From: an uncultured Candidatus Saccharibacteria bacterium
Lineage (GTDB): Bacteria; Patescibacteriota; Minisyncoccia; Phycocordibacterales; UBA2163
Reading direction: 5' to 3'
Assembly (NCBI GenBank): GCA_964626705.1
Contig: CAZVGL010000004.1
Span: forward strand, 1-62,505
DNA: 62,505 nucleotides
Part shown: piece by piece, positions 18,072-27,500 of the stretch
Numbering within the stretch: position 1 is the first letter of the stretch
How the letters are laid out: the number at the start of each line of letters is the position of its first letter
Notes under the pieces: generated by a model
The model's database searches: none
Told to the model about the DNA's origin: nothing
The model's input: only the letters and a program-made list of their open reading frames with translations
Position numbers and translations under genes: made by a program

Positions 18072-20471
18072 TTATTTGTATGCTATGTAGAACAGTGTAA
18101 GTGTTCCAAGCTTAGATTTCAACTCTTTTGCATGTTTACTTGTAATATAGTTACACATCTCTATATCTTTTGTTTTGTTAGATAGTGGTCTATTTGCAAA
18201 TACCGCTGTCGCATGGATCTTGTCTCCAAATATATTTGCTTGGAAGAATACAAGAGCATTACTCTGTGGGTCTGACTCACCTGCAACATAGTCTGAAAGC
18301 ACAGTGTTGTTGTGCATCACACCTTTTTCTTTTAAGTATGTTATAGCTCGCGCAACAGTGTCTACACCGTTTAGGTTTTCAAGTATATCAAGTATTTTAT
18401 TTTTAGGGCGTTTTGTTATTTTCTTAAGTTGTAAATGTTCGTATGCGACACCACCTGACTTTTTAGGTGTTTTTACATTTTTACCAACTAAGTATGGCCC
18501 TATAGCTTTGTCGTTCTTATGACTTAGTGGCTTTGACGGTTCGCCAAGTATCTTTTTTGTTTTCTGCTCCTCTGTAAGAAGAAGAATATTTGCTCTGTTT
18601 GAAAGCATAAACATATCCCCACCTTTAACTTTGAGAGATTTCTTAATAGTTGTTGTGTACGCATCATAAAGTCCAAATATATTTTCTGGATATGCGTTTA
18701 CGGTGTTGTGAGCACGTGCGATATGGAATGAGTGGAGTTTATTGTTCTTTATAAAAAATATATCGTGCGTAAGGCAAGGGTCATGTGTGAACTTTGTTAT
18801 ACCGGTTTCTTTTTCGACATAAGTGCCCATGTCTTGTGTTGGGTCAAAACGTTGTACTATTGTAGCTTTGTTTTTATCTGCTTTTAAAACTTTTATCGTG
18901 TTTTTAAGTTGATCAAAACCAAAGAAAGTTCGTGTTCTTTCCCCATAGCTGTATGAGCCGTCGCTGTCAAAACGCAAAAGCTGTTTTTTATATGCGTCAC
19001 GCATCTTTTTTGTAGAGTCCTCGCCTTGTTTATAGAGTTTAGGCATTGCCTTTAAAGCGTTCTCAGTATCTCTATATATAGCTAAAACAGAGGCTGTTCT
19101 GGCAGGCCCTTTCCATACATCTCCGTGCTCTTCGGTAATACCTTTTGTATATATCTGCTGAAGAACTGATTTGTGTACATCTAAGAAATTGTCGCCGTCT
19201 GCTATAACAAAAGGCAAGTTGCTAGTGTTTATTTGGAAGATATTTGAGAAGTCTTGTATGAAAGAATAATTCTTACTTGCAGCCACATATGCTCTGCCAA
19301 GCTGTGTCCCTATGTCCATCCTGTGTAGTATGTCCATTTCATAATCTTCGAATCTATTTAATTCTGCAAGCTTCTTTATTATAGAAGGAATACTTTTTGA
19401 TTGTAGTTCAAACACTTCGTCACACACATCAAACGCCATACACATACAAGAAACTTTTTTATCTTTTGTACTGATTTTATAATAATATTTTGTATCCACT
19501 TTTAAGCTCATGCTTGGTTCTAGGTGGATCTCCTTCTTGCCTATTATATTAGTGTTCTGTACAAGAGAAGGGATAGAGATATTATTTGCTATTTCTGTAC
19601 CAACACGCCCTATTTCTGCACCAAGAAGTATCTGATCTTCTACTTCAAGTAAAGATTTATCTTTTTCTAAAAACTTCATAAGGGAATACTCTAAAAGGAA
19701 TTCGTTTTTAGCTTTTATATAATATTTTTTATTATTGATAGCTATATCGAGACGGACTAGCCCATTCTCCGCTGTAACTTTAAAAGGAACTTTCTTTTTT
19801 GTCTTACTCTCACTTAATATTATTCTAGGTGGCTGTAGGTGCTGAAAATCTTTCGCATTAAGATATGGAATATTTTTCTTTTTATGTTTTATTTTCTGAA
19901 GTTTCTCTAAAAGTTCGTTAAGAGAGTCATAATAGATTTTCTTCTTACTATTTATTTTTATAAGTGTGTCATAAACTTCCTTAGAGACCTTTGGTTTTAA
20001 TGTTTTCAGATAAGAGTCTACTATTTTTTTACTGTCTTTGTTTTTTGAAGCAAATACAGGAAGTACGACTATGCTATCTTTAAAGGCATTAAATATTTGC
20101 TCAGATATATTTGGATATTGCGCACTTGCAGCGATACCGCCTTTTATGTAGTTGCCAGAGACACTCTTCTCAAAACCCTTTTGTATTGCTTGAAGCAAGT
20201 TTGTGCTTGGGGAGAATGTTATGGATTCTTCTGAGAACAGTATAAGATATCTAACAGTAGGGTGGGCGAGAGAGTTTATTATCATCCTTTCTGTGCCATC
20301 ACGGCTAACAATAAGGGATCCAAGTACGGAAACCTGTTTTCGGTATTTATTGTCTATTTCATTTAAAACCTGTCCTGAAGCAGTGGTGTTGGTACATATA
20401 CCTATTTCGCCACCACGTCCTTCGTTTGGTGTTAAAAGCAGAGCATCTATTACTGGGAAGTTTGTTTTCAT
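18072..20471 (-). CDS. Fusion: MtrA-like domain + two DUF4346-like domains + thymidylate-synthase domain + degenerate TS-like C-terminus
   Basis: GTERMIINSLAHPTVRYLIL (MtrA-like); GAEIGR and GTQLGRA...FIQD (DUF4346-like); YSYGER, DQL, DPCL, RAHN, YPEN (TS). Confidence 0.7.
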   Translation of the reverse strand: MKTNFPVIDALLLTPNEGRGGEIGICTNTTASGQVLNEIDNKYRKQVSVLGSLIVSRDGTERMIINSLAHPTVRYLILFSEESITFSPSTNLLQAIQKGFEKSVSGNYIKGGIAASAQYPNISEQIFNAFKDSIVVLPVFASKNKDSKKIVDSYLKTLKPKVSKEVYDTLIKINSKKKIYYDSLNELLEKLQKIKHKKKNIPYLNAKDFQHLQPPRIILSESKTKKKVPFKVTAENGLVRLDIAINNKKYYIKAKNEFLLEYSLMKFLEKDKSLLEVEDQILLGAEIGRVGTEIANNISIPSLVQNTNIIGKKEIHLEPSMSLKVDTKYYYKISTKDKKVSCMCMAFDVCDEVFELQSKSIPSIIKKLAELNRFEDYEMDILHRMDIGTQLGRAYVAASKNYSFIQDFSNIFQINTSNLPFVIADGDNFLDVHKSVLQQIYTKGITEEHGDVWKGPARTASVLAIYRDTENALKAMPKLYKQGEDSTKKMRDAYKKQLLRFDSDGSYSYGERTRTFFGFDQLKNTIKVLKADKNKATIVQRFDPTQDMGTYVEKETGITKFTHDPCLTHDIFFIKNNKLHSFHIARAHNTVNAYPENIFGLYDAYTTTIKKSLKVKGGDMFMLSNRANILLLTEEQKTKKILGEPSKPLSHKNDKAIGPYLVGKNVKTPKKSGGVAYEHLQLKKITKRPKNKILDILENLNGVDTVARAITYLKEKGVMHNNTVLSDYVAGESDPQSNALVFFQANIFGDKIHATAVFANRPLSNKTKDIEMCNYITSKHAKELKSKLGTLTLFYIAYK

Positions 20472-20475
20472 ATCT

Positions 20476-21357
20476 TTACCATTTTTTACTTGTCCAAACG
20501 TCTGATAAATATTCGTTCATATCTCTCTTTTCATAAACGTCAGTATCTTTAGCAAAAAGTAATAATTCTGGATTTATATTAAACTTACTCATCATCTCTG
20601 CTAAAAATTGTCTACAAGATCCACACATATGAGCCGGTTCATCTTTATGTTTTGTTGAAACAAGTCCTATGTGTGTTATCTCAGTATCTTTTTCCATAAG
20701 TGCAGATATAACAGCTGCCATCTCTGAGTGTACATTCATTCTCTTGTCAAAGCTTGAATACTGCCCACTAAAATAAATCTTACCGCTTTTTGTCATTACT
20801 GCCGTGCCATAGCCACTTGCTGAATCATATCTTGGAAGGTTTTTTTCTACGCCAAGCATGGCATATTTTTTTAACACACCTTTTATATCTAAATCCTTTT
20901 TAAGTTGTGCTTTATTAGACTGTGTTTCTGTACTAGAATCTATCTTCTTTAAAAAAGTCCGTTCAGGTTTATAGAAAGGAAATAAAGAAGAGACGTCATC
21001 TGCGCTAAAAAGTATATTTCCTTCTATATCTATCACAGTATATTTTATTTGTTGACCAGTTCTTCGTGCAAAGTCTATAAGTATTTTTATTATTATAGGT
21101 GACGCAGTTTCTGCTTTGTCATAAGTTTCAAGCATAGTAATGACACTTTCTATTTGGAAGTCATTGTTTTGCATTGCGCCCAAAAGCGCAACCTGTTCTG
21201 AGGGCATACTTAAAAGATTGGTGTCAGATCCTATGTGTGCACCAAGATAGCTCTGCCCGCTTTTTGAATATGCAATAGACGAACTTCTTTTGTCCTCTTC
21301 TTTTTTTATGATACACAAATTTAGTGTCTCTTTGAGTTTTTCTGTATCAAAATCCAT
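20476..21357 (-). CDS. Tandem cytidine-deaminase-fold protein (N-domain degenerate, C-domain intact)
   Basis: C-domain HSE...MCGSCRQ; N-domain has PSE and no CxxC. Confidence 0.82.
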   Translation of the reverse strand: MDFDTEKLKETLNLCIIKKEEDKRSSSIAYSKSGQSYLGAHIGSDTNLLSMPSEQVALLGAMQNNDFQIESVITMLETYDKAETASPIIIKILIDFARRTGQQIKYTVIDIEGNILFSADDVSSLFPFYKPERTFLKKIDSSTETQSNKAQLKKDLDIKGVLKKYAMLGVEKNLPRYDSASGYGTAVMTKSGKIYFSGQYSSFDKRMNVHSEMAAVISALMEKDTEITHIGLVSTKHKDEPAHMCGSCRQFLAEMMSKFNINPELLLFAKDTDVYEKRDMNEYLSDVWTSKKW

Positions 21358-21363
21358 ATTAAA

Positions 21364-22260
21364 TTAGTTAATTTCGGTTTTAGTACGAAGGCTACTTACT
21401 TTGAGCCCACCTTCTGTCCAGTCGTAGTGCATTACTTTTTTTATAAAGTCGTTAAAAAGATGAATCTTATCTCTTTCGATGCGTGGGTACATTTTCTCAG
21501 AGCGCTTGCTGGATAGTCTTATTGTCGGTCTAAATGGCACAGGAAAGGCATAATACGGCATAAGAGGTTTCTTTTCTGTCTCTATGAGTAAGACTTTTAT
21601 GGGCTTATTGAGTGTTTCTATGGCGTAGTCTATTCTGTGCATGCCGTCGCATACTATGTGGAATTTATGTTTTCCATTGTACTGCAGGCCGTAGTTTATA
21701 AGCGATGCATTTGAATGAAAAATATCAAGATGATTAATCTTACTTACTTCATCTACAAAGAATGAATTAAGATATCTTTTTGAAAGGTCGTGTAAGTTTC
21801 CAGCTGCGTCTTTTACAAAACGGTTTTTAAATCTGTTGGTTAATTTTTCCAAATCAAAAAAACCTTTTTTTAGATCATACGTATGAGTCTCTATTATAGG
21901 TGGTAAAACATGGAAATCACCCCTTCCTTCCCATTCGTATTCCACAGCTTCTTCAAGTCCGTTAATAGCAAGCCCTTCTTTTTCTAAAAATTTGTGAAGA
22001 GTTTTTATAACGTCTAACTGATTTTCATAAATTGTAGGTTGTGGAGAAAATAGTGGTTCTTTTTTTCCATTTACTTTAACAACAGGTGAGCCGCCCATTT
22101 TTTCTTGAGGGTATAATGTGGCGATAGAGATCTTTGCATTTTTGTACGGATACAATGCTCCACCATTTTTATCATAGAGTCCTCTAAACTTAACTTTCCT
22201 CAATACTTCTTGTAAGTCATTAAGAGCAACTGTCTTTTTTAGAGTCAGTTTATGTTTCAT
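21364..22260 (-). CDS. Hypothetical protein with ParB/sulfiredoxin-like motif
   Basis: LPPIIE...VCDGMHR followed by PYYAFP; start at 22260 or 22275. Confidence 0.6.
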   Translation of the reverse strand: MKHKLTLKKTVALNDLQEVLRKVKFRGLYDKNGGALYPYKNAKISIATLYPQEKMGGSPVVKVNGKKEPLFSPQPTIYENQLDVIKTLHKFLEKEGLAINGLEEAVEYEWEGRGDFHVLPPIIETHTYDLKKGFFDLEKLTNRFKNRFVKDAAGNLHDLSKRYLNSFFVDEVSKINHLDIFHSNASLINYGLQYNGKHKFHIVCDGMHRIDYAIETLNKPIKVLLIETEKKPLMPYYAFPVPFRPTIRLSSKRSEKMYPRIERDKIHLFNDFIKKVMHYDWTEGGLKVSSLRTKTEIN

Positions 22261-22348
22261 AATAAAAGTATACAATGTATTTATCTATATAGTAAGTTGA
22301 CTGTATTATGCAATATCAGCTTAATTTTTCATGATATAATACACTTGT

Positions 22349-22783
22349 ATGACATTAAAATTAAAAATAAAAAGACTATCAGGTGAAGCTAAGTTGCCAA
22401 ATTATCACTATGAAGGAGACGCTGCTTTAAATTTGTATTCTGTTGAGGATGTTTTATTAAAACCAAATGAACAAGTTAGTGTTAAAACAGGTATTGCTAT
22501 GATAATCCCTGAAGGACACACAGGGCTTATCTGGGATAGAAGTGGACTTTCAATAAAGCACGGTATTAAGACGCTTGGTGGAGTGATAGATGCTGGATAT
22601 CGTGGAGAAGTAGCTGTGGGGTTTATGAATATATCTAAAAATGATTATCAGATAGAAAAAGGTGATAAAATAGCGCAGATCATCATCCAAAGATTTGAAA
22701 ATGTTTATGTGGAAGAAATAGATGAGATTGAAGATAGGGATACGCATAGGGGAGAAAAAGGCTTCGGTAGCTCTGGCAAATAA
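22349..22783 (+). CDS. dut: Trimeric dUTP diphosphatase
   Basis: RSGLS, GVIDAGYRGEV, IAQ, RGEKGFGSSG. Confidence 0.95.
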   Translation: MTLKLKIKRLSGEAKLPNYHYEGDAALNLYSVEDVLLKPNEQVSVKTGIAMIIPEGHTGLIWDRSGLSIKHGIKTLGGVIDAGYRGEVAVGFMNISKNDYQIEKGDKIAQIIIQRFENVYVEEIDEIEDRDTHRGEKGFGSSGK

Positions 22784-22836
22784 GCTAAATAAACGCCTAA
22801 ATAGCTATTTTAGGCGTTTATTTGTATACTGGATAG

Positions 22837-24522
22837 ATGGTTAGAGAAGAACTAAAGAAAGTGATAAAAGACACAGTTTTGAGTCTTGGGCTTGAAATAG
22901 AGGATGTTCACCTAGAGCATCCGGCTGATCTAGCGCATGGAGACTATTCTACAAATATCGCTATGGCGCTTGGAAAAGTAAATAATAAGAATCCAAAAGA
23001 TTTGGCACAAGAGATTGCTGAGAAGCTTTCTGAAAATAAAATAAAAGAAGTAGAAAAAGTAGAAGTCGCAGGAGCTGGGTTTATAAACTTCCACCTTTCA
23101 CAGGAATTCTTTACTGGAAGTATTGAAGAGATTTTAAGGAGTAAGGATAAGTGGGGAAGTAATGAATCTCTAAATAAGCAAAAGACGATAGTAGAGTACA
23201 CTGACCCGAATCCGTTTAAAGAGTTCCATATTGGGCATTTGATGAGCAACGCTATCGGAGAGTCTATTTCAAGACTTGTGGAGTTCTCAAGTGCAGAAAC
23301 AAAACGTGCAAATTATCAAGGTGACGTGGGTCTTCATGTTGCAAAAGCTATTTGGGGTCTTATGCAAGGTTCGACCTTGCAGGATTCTGAAGCTTTAGGG
23401 AAAGCTTATGCAGAAGGTGCTAAAGCGTATGAAGAAGGCGAGAAAGCAAAAGAAGAAATAAAAGAAATAAATAAAAAAGTTTATGAAAAGAACGATGAAG
23501 AGATAAATAAACTTTATGATGATGGTAGAAAGGTATCATTAGAACATTTTGAAGAAATTTATGAGAAACTTGGAACAAAGTTTGATAAAGATTTTTATTT
23601 TTATGAAAGTGAGACTTGGGAATTAGGTAAAAGACTTGTGAGAGAGAATGTCGGGAAAGTTTTTGAAGAGAGTGACGGTGCTGTGATATTTAAAGGTGAG
23701 GATGTAGGTTTGCACACTAGAGTATTTATAAACTCTGAAGGACTTCCAACATATGAAGCAAAAGATCTAGCTTTGGCGAAAATAAAAGCAGAAAGATATA
23801 GCTATGACAAGTCTGTTGTGGTTACAGCAAGTGAGCAGAAAGAATATTATAAAGTAGTACTTGCGGCGATGAAAGAGGTCTCTCCAGAGCTTGCAGAGAA
23901 AACAAAACACATAACACACGGCATGATGCGCTTGCCAAGCGGAAAGATGTCGTCTAGAACAGGTGACGTAATAACTGGCGAGTCTATGATAGAAGATGTT
24001 AAGAATAGGGTGTTAGAAAAAATGCAGGATTCTGAACTTGAAAACAAAGAGGAGATAGCAGAGATGGTAGCAGTAGGAGCTATAAAATATTCAGTATTAA
24101 AGCAGTCTGCAGGTAAAGATATAGTATTTGATATGGACAGGTCCCTTTCATTTGAGGGAGATTCTGGGCCATATTTGCAGTATTCTCTAGTAAGGGCAAA
24201 TGCTATATTAGAAAAGGCTGAACAAGAAAACATAAAATCAGATACAAAAAATGCAAGGTCGAACCTTGCAGTGGGAGAGCTGGAGAAGCTTTTGTATAGA
24301 TTTCCTGAAGTTGTGGAGAGGGCAAATGAAGAATATGAACCGCACTATGTGACGACGTATCTGACAGAACTTGCTGGAGCGTTTAATAGTTTCTATGCTA
24401 ATACAAAGATAGTAGAAGAAAGCGAAGAAGCTCCGTACAAAGTTGCACTGACACAAGCATTTAAAATAACAATTAAAAATGGTCTCTGGCTTCTCGGAAT
24501 AAAAACACCTAATAGAATGTAA
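22837..24522 (+). CDS. argS: Arginine--tRNA ligase
   Basis: HGDYSTN, NPFKEFHIGH, KMSSRTG, GPYLQY. Confidence 0.97.
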   Translation: MVREELKKVIKDTVLSLGLEIEDVHLEHPADLAHGDYSTNIAMALGKVNNKNPKDLAQEIAEKLSENKIKEVEKVEVAGAGFINFHLSQEFFTGSIEEILRSKDKWGSNESLNKQKTIVEYTDPNPFKEFHIGHLMSNAIGESISRLVEFSSAETKRANYQGDVGLHVAKAIWGLMQGSTLQDSEALGKAYAEGAKAYEEGEKAKEEIKEINKKVYEKNDEEINKLYDDGRKVSLEHFEEIYEKLGTKFDKDFYFYESETWELGKRLVRENVGKVFEESDGAVIFKGEDVGLHTRVFINSEGLPTYEAKDLALAKIKAERYSYDKSVVVTASEQKEYYKVVLAAMKEVSPELAEKTKHITHGMMRLPSGKMSSRTGDVITGESMIEDVKNRVLEKMQDSELENKEEIAEMVAVGAIKYSVLKQSAGKDIVFDMDRSLSFEGDSGPYLQYSLVRANAILEKAEQENIKSDTKNARSNLAVGELEKLLYRFPEVVERANEEYEPHYVTTYLTELAGAFNSFYANTKIVEESEEAPYKVALTQAFKITIKNGLWLLGIKTPNRM

Positions 24523-24524
24523 AT

Positions 24525-27500
24525 ATGGAAAATAAAAACGAACAAAAAAACGAAATAGCTAAAAATGAGATAGCTCAGAAGGAGGAGGAAGTCTTGAAGT
24601 TTTGGGGTGAGAATCAGATTTTTAAGAAGTCTGATGAAAAAGAAGCGCCAAATGGCGAGTTTATTTTTTACGAAGGGCCACCTACTGCAAACGGTAAGCC
24701 AGGAATGCACCATATGGAAGCGCGAGCTTTTAAAGATGCAATACCTCGGTATAAAACTATGCAAGGTTTTCATGTGCGCAGAAAAGCTGGTTGGGACACA
24801 CATGGACTTCCTGTGGAGATACAGGTGGAGAAAGAACTTGAGCTACATTCTAAAAAAGATATTGAAGAATACGGTATAGCGAATTTTAATAAAAAATGTA
24901 AAGAAAGTGTTTGGAAATATGTAGACCTGTGGGAGAAGTTTACGGACAGAATAGGCTTCTGGCTTGATAAAGAAAATCCGTACATAACATACGAACCAGA
25001 GTATATGGAATCTGTGTGGAATGTTGTAAAGAAAGTTGATGATCAAAAACTTCTATATAAAGACTATAGAATAGTAAACTGGTGTCCTCGTTGTGGTACA
25101 GGGCTTTCGAGTCATGAGCTTGCACAAGGGTATCAGGAAGTCCACGACATGTCTGTTTACGTAAAATTTAAGGTTAAAAATAAAGAAAATACATATCTAC
25201 TTGCGTGGACTACTACACCCTGGACGCTTCCTGGGAATGTCGCGCTTGCAGTAGGAGAGAAAATTAAATACAAAATGCTTAAAGCAGATGGCGAGAATTT
25301 AATTCTAGCGGAAGATAGAGTAGAAGATGTAATGAAAGATAAGGAGTACGAGGTTGTGGAAGATCTGAGCGGTAAAGATTTGACAAAATATGAATACGAG
25401 CCTTTATATTCATATTTAGAAGATACATTACCAGAAAGCGAAACTAAAAAACTTAAAAATGCATATAAAGTATATGAAGCTGACTTTGTAAATACAGAAG
25501 ATGGTACAGGGATCGTGCATACTGCTGTGATGTATGGTGCAGATGACTTTATACTTGGTACAGAAAATGATTTGCCTAAACACCACATAGTTAATGAAGA
25601 CGGTAGGTTTATAAGTGGTACAGACTTCTTAGAAGGTAAAAAAGTAAGAGGTTCTAATGATGAGATAATAGAAGATTTAGAAAAGAAGGAAATCCTTTTT
25701 GATAAAGAGAGGATAAAGCATACATACCCGCATTGTTGGAGGTGTAAAACTGCGCTTATATACTATGCACGGGACTCTTGGTATATACGAATGTCAGATC
25801 TACGCGACAAACTTGTAAAAGAAAACAATACTATAAACTGGGAGCCAGAACATATAAAAGAAGGACGGTTTGGTGAGTGGGTAAGAGAGGTGAAAGACTG
25901 GGCGATCTCAAGAGAGAGGTATTGGGCTACACCACTTCCAGTCTGGCAAAATGATAAAGGAGAGAATACGGTAATCGGTAGTATAGAAGAGCTTAAAAAG
26001 TATACAAAGAAGAGTGGAAATAAGTATTTTGTAATGCGTCATGCAGAGGCAGAGAACAATACGCTAAGTGTAATAAGCTCTAAGGCAGATAACCCGCATC
26101 ATGTAACAGAGAAAGGAAAAGAACAGATGGTAGATGCTATCAAACAATTAAAGAAAGAAAAAATTGATTTAATAATCGCTTCTCCGTTTGTGAGAACACG
26201 TGAGACTGCAGAAATAGCTGCGGATGGTATTGGTATTGATAAAAGTCAGATAATATATGAACAAAGAATACAAGAGCTGGATGCGGGGGATCTTGAGGGG
26301 GTGAGTGTTGAGGAATATCATGCATACTTTGATTCTACTAAAGAATGTTTTGAAAAAGGGTGTCCAGGTGGTGAAAACTATGTACAGATAAAGAGTAGAA
26401 TGGGTAATTTTATTTATGATATAGAAAATAAATATAAAGGTAAAAATATTTTGATTGTTACACATGATGCACCAGGGTGGCTTTTAATTAATGCAGCGTA
26501 TGGATATAGTGGTGAAAAAGCTGTCGCACAGAGGAAGGATGACAAAGATCATTTTATTTTTAATGCAGAAATTAAAAAACTTAATTTTGTTCCACTACCA
26601 CATAATGAAAATTATGAACTTGATCTGCATCGGCCGTACATTGATGAAGTAGAGCTTGTAGATGAGAAGGGAAATAAACTTACAAGAGTGAAAGAGGTTA
26701 TGGACGTGTGGTTCGACTCTGGAGCGATGCCGTATGCACAAGACCATTATCCGTTTGAGAATAAAGAGCTTATAGAAGGAGGCGGCTACCCAGCTGATTT
26801 TATATCAGAAGCTATTGACCAGACTCGTGGATGGTTCTATACACTGCATGCTATCGGTGCCTTGATGTGCCGTGGGAAAGCATATAAGAATGTGATCTCA
26901 CTTGGACATATCTTAGATAAAAAAGGTAAGAAGATGTCTAAATCTGTAGGTAATGTAGTAGATCCGTGGGAAATGACAGATAAATACGGAGTAGATGCAT
27001 TGCGCTTCTGGATGTATACGGTGAACCAGCCAGGGGACTCCAAAAACTTTGAAGAGAGAAGTGTTGATGAGGTGGTAAAGAAGGTGTTTAATCTTTTGAA
27101 CAATATTGTTAAGTTCTATGAGCTTTATAGTATAAAAGAGCAAGTCTTTGATGATAAACATACGAAGAGTGGAAATGTGCTTGATGTATGGATACTTGCA
27201 AAACTTAATAAGCTAAAAGAAAATACAACAAAGAGTTTAGATGAATATCATTTGTTTGAACCAGCACGCGAGGTCAGAGAGTTCATAGCAGACTTCTCAC
27301 AATGGTATGTTCGTCGTTCTCGCGATAGGTTTAAAACAACAGGAGGGGATAAAGAGTACGCGCTTGCGACTACTCGGTTTGTGCTTCTTGAGCTTTCAAA
27401 ACTTATGGCGCCGTTTACACCATTTATAGCAGAGCAGGTGTATCAGAAAGTGAGGAGTATTGATATGGCAGAGAGTGTGCACTTGGAAAGCTGGCCAGAA

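Noticed and set aside
20050-20471. Methanogenesis-related methyltransferase (mtrA)
   Set aside because: Only a fused MtrA-like domain without the cobamide His; no other mtr genes.
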